From assembly GCA_051362555.1 (NCBI GenBank), contig CM120649.1, positions 12,462,001-12,526,000 on the forward strand: a stretch of DNA of 64,000 nucleotides, read 5' to 3'. Positions 1 to 10,843 of the stretch are shown piece by piece. A program made the translations under genes and the position numbers. The stretch is from Lingula anatina (lineage: Eukaryota > Animalia > Brachiopoda). The notes beneath the pieces are model-generated. The model was not told the DNA's origin. It was given only the letters and a program-made list of their open reading frames with translations, and did no database searches. Each line of letters starts with the position of its first letter. Position 1 is the first letter of the stretch.

Positions 1-760
1 TGTTCAGGTCTTTTAACAACGTGCGCATGACATATTTAAAACTAAGATTCGGTCCTTTGACTTAAAAAAAAAAAAAAAAAAGATTTACAAAAATAATTTT
101 GGTCTTTTTTCAGACATGCCAAATGAAAGCATCTTCTGGAAAAAAAAATGTTGCACAAAGAGATTATCTAAGGAAAATCTATCTGTCTGGGAAAATACAA
201 ATGGCTTACCGAAAAAAAAGTAAAAAAGAAATTCGGATCTTGATCAAAAATGTTATCCATATCATATCAAGGAAAAAGTTATAATGTTGCAAGATGTGCT
301 GCAAGACGTTGATTCAGTGACATTATACATACATGACATGGAACAACAACATCCAAACTAACTGGTGCTGTATTGCTTTTATCCCAACTTGTCTAAAACT
401 TTATCTAAATCTAAATTCAACAAGGTCACAGTCAAGATCCACTGGAATCTTGCCACCTTTTTTTCCCCCCGTTAAATTAAAATCTTATTTCCAATCTGAA
501 TCAAAGCACTGGCAAATTGCCACAAATGTATGATACATTTTTTCTATTACTGGCTAAAGTTAAACAAGCTTAATGAACCAATGTTTGGTCTAAAAAAATT
601 TAACTAAGAACAGAGAGAGAGAGAAAATAAAAGAGAGAGAGAGAGAGAAAGAGAGAGCAAAATATCTGTGTTAACTGTCATAAATCTATACTACAACAGT
701 TGGTGATATATAGTCTCTGGGTAGATATATGTTCTGTCGACCCTGTCACTGGTATCTTGG

Positions 761-2194
761 CTAATACTAAAATGAAAAAAAAAAAAAAGAAAGAAAAAGC
801 AATAGGTCAAAGTTGGTCATGTAAATTTTGAAGTCCCCGGATGGATGGAAGAATCACAACACAAGTTACTAATTTTATAAAACTTACAAAAGTAAAAACA
901 TCTTGGCAGAAGATAAGCATACCAACAATTTGAGTAGTTTTAGATCTCATTACTTGTCCTTCCTTAATTATTGTACTTCTGGACTTCAGTTAAACTAACA
1001 TTTTTAAATCCTAACATAAATCTGAACAAGTTCAAACATAAAAATAATCATGCTATATATTTCCCATCAGTTTATATATATATATATGCCCAGCCAACTA
1101 CAATTTAAAAGTAAAACATATCCACTTCAACTACAAAAATATTTTATTAAATTTGATAATTAAAAGCTTCAAGTAATTACCTGATAGCCCTGCTGCTGCC
1201 CATATCCACCCCCACCATAGGCATTTCCATATCCACCTTGTCCTCCATATCCGCCTTGTCCACCTCCATATCCGCCATAACCACCACTGCTGTATCCTCT
1301 ATCTCCACCTCCGTAGCCTCCATATCCGCCGCGGTTATAGCCACCACCGTAACCACCACCTCTTCCACTGAAATTTGTAATTATATCAGTAGTATGTCAG
1401 ATAAACAAAAATGTTAAAATTGTGAAATCTGTTGAAAGAACCCAACATTATTTAAATCTCACTTAAGAGAGTAAATTTATAAATTTGCCAAGGGAATAAA
1501 ATTTTAGAAAAAATCTCAAAATTTAACAGCACACAAATACACCTGAAAAAATCATGCTCAACCAATATGATGTCATTTCGTTTATTCTAACCCAAAGACA
1601 TGCTGAAACTGTTCATCCTACTGGCCAAGACAAAAAAAAAAAAAAAAAAAAAAATGTTCAAAGATCAGTACAAAATCATGCCCAGTCAGTCGACAAGGCC
1701 AGAAATACATGTAAAAGCCAGCATTGTGAATTCACAGTAAAGAACCATGATGAAAAGTCAATATGGCAAATTATTGTAAGAAATTTTCCACATTCACAAT
1801 AAAAGTTGATCCACAGATCAAATATGGCTGAAAGTTTACAGCCTAATCCCGGCGGTGAATCTCTTGAGTGTCTATTAAGGGATTATGCAGAAAGCTTTCA
1901 AGTGGGATGGCCATATTTGACCCGCGGATCTGTTAGGCCATGGATTAACTTGTTCTGAATGTGCCTCAAGTCCAACTTTATTTCCAGCTGTTTCTTAAAG
2001 TTTCAATATGTCTCGAGTTCCTAATCTTACCGTCCGCCTCCCCCACTGGACTTGGTGGCTGGTGCCACTTTCAGAGTCCTACCCTCTAACTCCTGGAATA
2101 AAGACAAAAAATAAAATGTAAGGTATTGACGAGAAACAAAAACCTATCACAGGTTGTTGATGTCTACCATTAAACTTCTACAGTCTGAATAAAA

Positions 2195-2237
<43 letters not shown>

Positions 2238-3641
2238 AATATAAGGTATTGAGGAGAAACAAAAATCTATCACTAAATAAATAAATGAATAAATAAGTAA
2301 ATAAATAAATAAATACAGGAATTTTATGTCGGTTAACCTGTCAAATTAACAAAATTAGAATGTCTAACCAGTCAGATACTTATTTATCTATTTATTTATT
2401 AATTTATTTTTAACAAACACAAATGAATGTGCTACATTATGTATTACATACAAATTCTTCTAAAATCTGTAGACTTTAACTAATCAAGAAAGTAATAGTC
2501 ACATTTATTAAAAAGATTTTCTAAAATATTTTGTTTAAGGCCAACTCCATGGGTTTTTTCCTGGGGTAAAGAGCAATTTTCTCCTACTCAACTGAACTGG
2601 AAAATATAAGCTTTACAAGACATGAATATGACAGCGGGAGATTTATAAATGCATGAAGAGAATCTCTACATATTAATTTTGGTGGAAAAAAAACCCAATG
2701 GAGTGTCCCTTTAAGGAAGTTTTCAAGTATATCCTTGCCTGCCCATTCATATTAGAAATGGCTTGTTGACAGCAGTTTGGGTCCTGAAAGGTGATGAAGC
2801 AGAATCCCTTCGAGCGTCCCGTGGTATGGTCCATAATCAGTTGTACTGTGGATGAAATTTCAATACTAAACAATTGCAGCATATAATTCTCCTTTTTAAT
2901 TAATATCTGAAAGATAACAGTTTTCAATAGCATAAATAAACAATATAAATAAATAAATTATTTTAATCTTAATCTAAACAACCCTTGGATAAGATTATTG
3001 TTGGGGTGCTATAAATAAGTAAAAATTTAGAAAATAATTAGATTTCTGAATTACGTATAATGTACTCCTGAATCAATTTACAATATACAAACTATAAATC
3101 TTTTTCAGGGAAACCATTTGCAAATGAGTGACTCATGATACAGTACTTATTTATATGATTATACTGTAGTTACTGGTAGATTACATTACATGGTCGTAAT
3201 TGTAGTCAAGTGATAAATGTTTTGTAGTCTTGTGTCATGTTATTCTTGATGTGCTTGTCAAATTTTCCCCCTTTTTTTTTTTGAAAACAGAAAATTGTAA
3301 CGAGGGCCATTCATGGGCCTATGGCAATTTCAAGAGCTGCAATTAAAAAAAAATGTCCTTTAGTCTAGCAAATGTTTCGTATATCCTGGTCCATATTTGT
3401 AGGTTTTGAAGAATTATATGAATTATCATTATGAATTATCCTGTTTATATAGCAATATGTTCTTTGCTCTAGCAAAATTTTCACAATACCTGGTCCGAAT
3501 TTGACGACTTTGATGAATTATCAGGGATATTTCAACCTTACCCTGTTCCACTGTTCCAAAGCGTTCAAAGGTCTGTTGAATGGTTTGTTCTGTGGTGTCA
3601 TAGTTCAGGCCCCCACAATAAAGCTTCCCTGCTTGATCCAT
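761..3641 (-). CDS. CIRBP: Cold-inducible/glycine-rich RNA-binding protein (CIRBP/RBM3-like): single RRM + RGG/GYG tail, about 153 aa, 5 coding exons
   Basis: Exons (minus strand) 3641-3542, 2845-2739, 2092-2031, 1367-1181, 766-761 join in frame: MDQAGKLYCGGLNYDTTEQ...VQLIMDHTTGRSKGFCFITF...MNGQ/ELEGRTLKVAPATKSSGGGGRGRGGGYGGGYNRGGYGG...GYQ/Y*. RNP2 (LYCGGL) and RNP1 (KGFCFITF) are present. Orthology (CIRBP vs RBM3 vs other glycine-rich RBP) is not resolved. Confidence 0.9.
1808..1930 (-). other. Intronic RNA stem-loop in the third coding intron of the CIRBP-like gene
   Basis: 21-bp basal stem 1808-1828/1910-1930 is fully paired on the transcribed strand using 3 G-U wobbles. Inner stems: TGAAAG/CTTTCA and TAATCCC/GGGATTA. 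Confidence 0.65.
2189..2238. repeat. (AAAT)n microsatellite
   Basis: Direct inspection. Confidence 0.9.
2539..2711. mobile_element. Small TTAA-flanked MITE (Kolobok-like)
   Basis: ttaa|ggccaactccatgggtttttt ... aaaaaaacccaatggagtgtccc(t)|ttaa: imperfect TIRs. Related fragments at about 11595-11657 and 58099-58170. Confidence 0.55.
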
Positions 3642-4023
3642 TCTTGAGGTCTGGTTTTAGTAATCTGGTCAAATTAAAATAAATATTCATTAGAGATATA
3701 AATATTCATTAGAGATACAAATATGGAATCTCAAAGAATTACCCAGCCAAATTTTAATTTTAGTTCTATGATAAAATTAAAATAAATATCTGTTCATTTA
3801 AAAGATAAATATGACATCTCAAAATATCACTGCTTAACCCAGCCAAATGCCACCATATCTTTTGTTTCAAATAGCATAGCTTAAAGAAATACCAAAGGGT
3901 ATTGTTTAATATTTGCTGTAAAAAATGATACGTGGATGGGAATTTTCTGCTTTCTTTCTATACCATTTTTGGCAAATCATTTGAATGACTTAGTGTGCAG
4001 CAGTAACACTTCATTCTTTACTA

Positions 4024-5505
4024 CGGTAATTCTCCAATCTATACGAACGCCGCAATAATTACGAACGAAACGTTTTTCTCAGAATCTGAATTTTTTTGTC
4101 TCCGTTCTGTACGAACGATCGCTAAACTCACCTTGGGCACAATTTAAATTTTCTGATAGCAAGAAAGTGTGCCTGATTGAAACTCGCCCCATGATTCGTC
4201 AAAGCGAGTTTTCAGCCCACCGTTCCAAACAAAGGAACTGCCACTTGACAGGAGAGATTGTTATCATGTATTTGTGCTGTTTTTGAATGAGACGATAGGA
4301 GGACTCAACCTACCCGCCGGCAGCTACAGGCCAGTAGTTTTAAAACCCTATTGTTATTGAGAAACTATTGACAGCATCAGTACGCATAAATTACTTACTG
4401 TTTATTATCATTTCTTAACTTCTGCCGGCCAACTGGATCATCAACATCCACCATCAGTGTTTCACCGATAACTGGTTTCTAGTAAAATCTAAAACTTGAA
4501 ACCCACGCACAACAGAAGAGTATGAGAAATCCATTGTCAATGATCGAGATTTTCATTTGTTTTTGGTAGTCATCAGGAAATTAATTTTTTTAAGAGGAGT
4601 TCTGTCTTGTATTGTATTTATTTTTCTAATTTGAGTTGTGATAAAGTTAATGTACTTTTTGTTTGTTTGTTTGTTTGTTTTTCCTTGTTAAAGACCTTGT
4701 CTCATGAACAACTATTAGGTAAACCTTACTGATATTAGTGATTGTGAAAAATAAAGGTGCCGTATGACCTTATACAAATTTGCCTGCAGTTTTCTGTATT
4801 TTTTTCTAATAATGTTTACATTGATTGCGTGCAAATTAATATGCTGTAAAAGACTTTCATAAATAGACTTGAATTGAGCTCATGTTATTTTTCATATCAA
4901 GTATAATCTCTATTAACGTCAGTGATATCTACTGTGAGGAGTTTCAAGTATTTTGTTTTGGCGGGAGAAATTTATGTAGGCCTAATGGGGGGTGTGACAT
5001 TATTAATATTGCAAATTTTCTATATGTGAAATCATATTAAAAGTAAACACGCAATAAATAAAATATGCAGCTGGATACGAAAATATTCTTGTCTGTTTTT
5101 GACAGAAGTTGGGGGAAAAACGATGTTGTCCTGTCTTGGTAAAACATAACAGGGAAAAACGATGTTGTCTTGTCTTGGGAGAAATGTACCTCTTTAGTAT
5201 GAAGAAATTGTTTTTTAACTTGAATTCCCGACTTTTGTTTAGTTTGTTTTAATTCATTGCAATATCGCAAGAATAATTTGTTTGTGCTTTTAGCTGATCA
5301 CAGTGATTTAATCTGAAAGTAATGCTTACACTTAGCAATGTAGGTAAGTGGAGATAACTTCAGGTACAGCCGTATTCCATCCGTATTTCAATGGATACGA
5401 ACGCGTGGCAATTTTTAGCAGACTGAATTTCAAGCCTTACGAACAAAATGATTATCTTCCAAAAATAATTAATTTAAATCGTTCGTATAGATTGGAGAAT
5501 TACCG
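4024..5505. mobile_element. Non-autonomous Tc1/mariner-pogo type DNA transposon
   Basis: Perfect 26-bp TIRs CGGTAATTCTCCAATCTATACGAACG / CGTTCGTATAGATTGGAGAATTACCG, flanked by TA on both sides; no transposase ORF. Confidence 0.85.
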
Positions 5506-6318
5506 TACGTGAATTTGGCAGGAGGGATGGCTAAGTATAGGTCAATTTACAGCCAGAAATTTTAAGACGGCACAGCTAGTTTTAAAGTTCTATTATATTT
5601 CTGATCGAGTACTAGTAGTTTATTTGTCTTTTTTTTCTTTTCATATAAGTCATGGCATGTTGATTTAGTCACATCGTGTAAGAAACTGGTAGAAGTGATC
5701 TGCATATACATTACAGAGAATCTACAGCAACTTCAAATGTATCTAAGTCCTCCCCTCCCCCTCCAGCCCATTCTCCATGCAACTTTGGTTCATATTGAAA
5801 TAAACCCCCGAAAAATTGAATAAATAAATAAAATACAACAAAACAACTTTCTATACTTGCCTCTTCATTGTCATTTCAAATCAGAGACATAACAGTGAAA
5901 AATCACGTGTGTATGAAGAAAAACTGACCTAACCTCATTTTCTATTATACAGGTGACCGACTGCAGTAAACCCACGTGGACTTGACTAAGAAGTGAAAGA
6001 TGACTTGGATTTGCAAGTCTATTATGGATCTCACAGAAAAATTTATACATAAGGTCTACTTTATAAATCGGGCTCATGTCATTAGTATTATGTACCAGTC
6101 AAATATGTTCTGAAAGGCGCTGTCGTTTTGCCAGCTTGTCACTGCCAGCGGTTGATGGCATCACTGCTATTCCCAACCACGATTCATATACATTACCCGA
6201 CACCAAATTCTCCTTCTGCATTGCATTTAAAACTTCACGATTTCCACACAAACTAACGTGCAATACTTGTTCTTTTTAAACACATGGGCTCAAAGCAGCT
6301 TGTTTTATGAATACTCAC

Positions 6319-6420
6319 TTAGTTTGGATAAAATCACAGTGACTTGGAAAAACCGCATGGACTGTACGTAACACCGGAGAAAACCGCTGATAGGGGGCAC
6401 GGTGGGCGACTACAAAGACA
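6319..6420 (-). other. Putative non-coding first exon of the CIRBP-like gene
   Basis: An acceptor (ttttaatttgaccag) lies 23 nt upstream of the ATG at about 3665, so an upstream exon is likely. A good donor (AA|GTGAGT) sits at 6318, next to a CpG-richer patch at about 6350-6620. The upstream boundary is a guess. Confidence 0.4.
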
Positions 6421-6695
6421 ATTAAGGCCACGGCAGCTGTTTACGATAGAGTGAGCAAACAGCAAGACAAGATGAATGTCACCATAAATACAAATGTTAG
6501 CAACACGTAGATACGCTTATCTTACAAACGCGCAAGGCTCGTATTGCGGGGATATTTTTTCTTCATTAATAAAGAGAAAAAAGTAGGTCTCAATCTTGCG
6601 GGGCAAATGTGCGTGCACGTGTGTGTGCGTGTGTGAGAGAGACTCAGACTAGCTCCGTTCACATGAAAAATCTATTTTCTAAAAATCTATTTTCT

Positions 6696-6829
6696 ATTCG
6701 CGGTATCTTGTGATCACTCCGAGCGCAGCCGAGAATTAATTACGGCTTTGGAAGTAAATGGCTCGCGCTGCCAGTAATTACGCCGCGGGGTATTCAGGGC
6801 ACAGACCGTGATCACAAGATACCGCGAAT
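6696..6829. repeat. Short inverted-repeat element (MITE-like)
   Basis: TTCGCGGTATCTTGTGATCAC ... GTGATCACAAGATACCGCGAA. Confidence 0.6.
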
Positions 6830-7629
6830 CATTGCCCCCCCCCTCTCTCTATCTCTTTCTTTCTTACACAAACACATATGCACACGCACGCACTATTCTT
6901 AAAGGGATAACAACTATTCTCAGGTTATCCATGTTTCACAATAAATGCATTGTAAACAGCCCATAGAAATATAATAAATTCCATTTTACCATCCAAAACT
7001 GTGGTTAACGCAGTTATTCTGGAATTTGTGCTTGCCATCACATCACGTGACTTCCGTAGATGACTACACTCTGTGATAGGGCCTACAGGGGTATAATCTC
7101 TTAAGAGAATATTACAGAAAACCAAACTTTTTGGAAAAAAAACAGGGACTTAATTCGACTACTGGGCGTTCAGAAATTTACCACCAGAATTGTATTCATT
7201 TCCCGTGGTGGGCTGAGATGTGAGATATATTGCTTTGATTGATTTGTGTTGCACTGAGCACTCAGCCTCTTCAGCCACTTCATGACAAATGTTTTTTTTA
7301 AGCTGGTTAGTATAAAGTTCATCTCATAATTTTTTCTACCAAGATGTAAGAAGTGAATGCTGGTAGAGACAGCTTTTCAATGTTCTCTTTCATATGGCAG
7401 TATATTCCATTATTTATATCATTGCCCCATTTAATTGAATTTAAGATTGTGTTGTTCAATCACATTTGACGTGGAGGTCGAAGATCCGATGATATTTATG
7501 TCAATAGACAATCGAAGGGTTAGAGGACTGGAAGAGTTCCCCTGGTCAGGTCCAATGATTTTAACGCGACCACGTCTTCATCACCTATATCTGATACAAT
7601 AAATAAGTAAATACTAGTAAAATGATGCA

Positions 7630-7632
<3 letters not shown>

Positions 7633-7684
<52 letters not shown>
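7633..7684. repeat. (AAT)n microsatellite
   Basis: Direct inspection. Confidence 0.9.
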
Positions 7685-7893
7685 CTCTGCCTACAGGATT
7701 AAACACGATGGACAGCTATAACATAAAGACGGCTAAATGAGGTCTACACACAGGCATGGTACCAAACCACAAACTGTAGACATGTATTGCCACTTTAAAA
7801 CTGAGTTTCTAACCATGCAGATACCTTAAAGGGCAGAAGTTAAATGTAAGGGAGTGTTCAGATATGAAATTAATGTAAGGAAGCTTTCAGATA

Positions 7894-8110
7894 GGGCGCA
7901 TTCCCATAGATTTAAGATCGATCTATCCCCGTAGAGAATCTCACTAGATTACTGTCAGATAATCTGGCTTAAATGTCCGTCCCGCCTACTACAAGCTGTA
8001 TTAAGGGGGTAATTAACTTTCGTGTCCGCTCGGCTGACAGCTATTAAGCGTGAACCCCCAAGGAGTTAGGTCGATCTAGTTGGATCGATCTAATCTCTGG
8101 GAATGGGGTC
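7894..8110. mobile_element. About 220-bp PIF/Harbinger-type MITE, copy A
   Basis: Imperfect TIRs and a 3-bp TSD (ATA). The empty site is visible in the paralogous region at about 22425-22440. Same family at 18191 and 34277. Confidence 0.75.
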
Positions 8111-8882
8111 ATAGACTCATCGTTCTAGCTGGATCGATCCAACTCTGCGGGGATTTTTGTTTAGGTGAAGTCAATGCAGTCAGCTGCTTAATTGTCTGCC
8201 ACGCCTCCTTCCCCAGCAAGGGGTACTAACGTGCGCGCTCGGTTCTCGGAAGCTCTTTCACTCGAGGAGACGTGTAAACTGATGACACGTTCCCCTGCAA
8301 AGTTGAATCGATCCCGCTAGTACGATGGGTTTATCTGAACGCGGTCTAATATTTTGACTCAATTTGGAACAAGCTCACATAACCTTAAGATTGAAACTAA
8401 TAAACCAATAAACTCATACCTACCACCGAGGCTGCTGACACATGCAGATTGTCACATGCACCTTGTGTGATCTTAGGGAACATTCCCACACCCTATCCTG
8501 CTAACTGTGGATCGATCTATCTCCAAGATTGCTTTGAGCTTAAGCGGCTTAGATGTGTACGTGGTACGCCAACTGAAGCTGCTAAACGACAGTTTTAACT
8601 AAATTAAAATTACCCCCTAACAGATTCAGTTGAGGTGCCAGACATCTAAGCCGCTTCAGATGCAAGCAATTTAGCGAGAAACCCCTCGGAGATGGATCGA
8701 CCCTGTTAGATCGATCTAGGTATGGGAACCCAGTCAAACACTCAAATCAACCACCGAGGCTGCTGACAGATTAACACATGCGCGTTGCATGATCTTAATG
8801 CCACGGAAGACGACATTCACCTTATCAAGGCGTGTTATCCTTGTGGGTACTTTCGATGAAAGCTATTACAGATTGCAGGTAA

Positions 8883-9862
8883 GGCCACACTTTTTTATTT
8901 TTATGGATGACATCCTCTGGGTACCCCAAAATCGGTGCGCGAGGGCGAAAAAAAAAAAAAAACAGTCCAAAAAAAAAAGTGCTGCTTAAGTAAAGGAATG
9001 CTGTCAGTACTCAGCTGGAAACACAAATCTTACCACAGAAACACGTATCAAACTAACAATATGTCTTTATCCATGCTCTAAAATATTAAAGCATTGTGAA
9101 TACTTCGTAGAAATGTAAAAAAAAAAAGTCATGAATAGATACCTGTATACTTCATATTACCAAATCTATTTAAGGTTATTTCATGCATTCAGTTGGTATA
9201 GCAATCAATAAAACAAATATCAATCAAACAGTGTGTCTTTATTTGTATTCTCAGAATATTAAAGCATTTTCAACACTTTACAGAAATGTTTAAAAATGAT
9301 GCAAAGATATGCTTAATACTACCAAATCTATTAAAGGTAATTTCGGACGATGCCATTTTGTCTACTTCAACTCACACGAAGCAGCCAAACTGTCAGGTGG
9401 CCTGTCCGATCTTCAGCCCACCAAATACCTCAACGCCCTTGTCGACCCTTTTTTCGCTACAGAAAACCTGGTAGTAATGTGCTGCTTTGTACAGAATGTC
9501 ACAGAAATTTTTCGGCCGCCGCCAGCCTTTCGCACAATTGTAAAAAGGTGATATCTCCATGCCAAATATCAATGGCATGCCAATCCAAAACAATGGGGCC
9601 CGTTCTCTTTATGACTTTTATTGTTGTGTAATTTGAAAGTAATCCTAGAGATGAATTTGACGCCAAAGTGGATGCATTTCCACGTGGCAAAAATACACAT
9701 GGGCAGGAAGCTCATTTCCTGGCAAATTCAATAACGACATTTGCGACAACCGACTTTGTTGGGGGCTGGGGGGGGGGGCTTTTTTTTTTTTTTTTTTTTT
9801 GAGAACGGGCGAAAATCGGTGCGCGCGCAGGATGTCATCCATAAAATTAAAAAAGTGTGGCC
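8883..9862. mobile_element. Non-autonomous PIF/Harbinger-type element
   Basis: TIRs GGCCACACTTTTTTATTTTTATGGATGACATCCT / AGGATGTCATCCATAAAATTAAAAAAGTGTGGCC with TAA TSD; absent from the paralogous site at about 23800. Confidence 0.85.
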
Positions 9863-10599
9863 TAAATCAGACACAAATGTTTAATATTTATTACAACAAA
9901 GCAAAAAAATTAAAGATACATATAGTCAATTTTCTTTGCCACAAAAGCCAACCAAATGCCAGCATATAGTTTCAAGTAGTATAGCTAAGAGAATTACCAA
10001 AAGGCATTGTTTAATTTTACCCGAAATATGATATTTGTACGGATTTTTCTGCTAGCATTCTATGCTGTATATCAATGGGACAGAAAAGTTAGTCACGAAA
10101 GTAGGTTAAATTTTTGACCAAAAATTTAAAGAAAGGAGCAGTCTACGGCTGATCGGGTGATTTATTCAGTCTATCCCTTGGCATGTCGAATTTATTTGAG
10201 TCGTATAATAAACTAGTATAAGTGGTTTATATGTGTTACTGGGAATCTACGCTCCACCGATGCTCGGTTCAGCGGTTTAAGCTTATGACACTATAACTGC
10301 ACTGCCAGTGGTCACTCATATATAAAAAAGCCTCTGATAAGAGAAAGGCCTCTGTCAACTGAAGTGTAGCCAGTTACTGTTATCGCTATCACTGTGTTAT
10401 CTACTTGCCCTAACTATATACATGTGATCATTTTTAATTATATAGTTATCATATTTTAGCTTTGTGTTCTGTATTGTATATACTGTTGGTTTCGTATGTA
10501 CTGCCTATTCTACTGTCATATTTTTTTAGATTTATGGTTGTGCGATAACAGACTGCATAGCGCTTAAGATATTCTGAATATTCTTATTTTTTATTTAGG

Positions 10600-10843
10600 C
10601 CCTGCATCGTATTACTAATTCAATGCACTGACGCACACGCCAATAGGTTCTTAATTCACGAAGGTGACTTTGAAAAAAAGAATGATCATAAGTCGCTGTT
10701 TTCCCAAGCTTTGTCATATTCGGCCTCGATCGAATCTTGAGTTTGGTAAGAGAAGTGGTCCACGGGTCGTGATTTGTAAAGTCAAAATATATTTCTCATA
10801 GCTGACAAACGCGAACGGTCATCTTGGGTGAAGAACGGAAATC
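10600..10843 (+). promoter_or_regulatory. Conserved upstream/promoter block of the S8 protease genes
   Basis: About 240 bp clearly alignable upstream of all four copies (also about 24135-24368, 51520-51745, 62760-62998), e.g. aaggtgac..taagtcgctgttt(t)cc..ggtaagagaagtg..gtcaaaatatatttc. The AT-rich TATA-like motif is about 55 nt before the ATG. Function is inferred. Confidence 0.5.

Noticed and set aside
1177-1368. ORF MEEVVVTVVA...
   Set aside because: Wrong frame of the Gly/Tyr-rich exon of the CIRBP-like gene.
1650-1930. Intronic C/D or H/ACA snoRNA
   Set aside because: The only C-box-like ATGATGA is on the non-transcribed strand, and no ANANNA hinge follows the main hairpin. Not excluded without an Rfam search.
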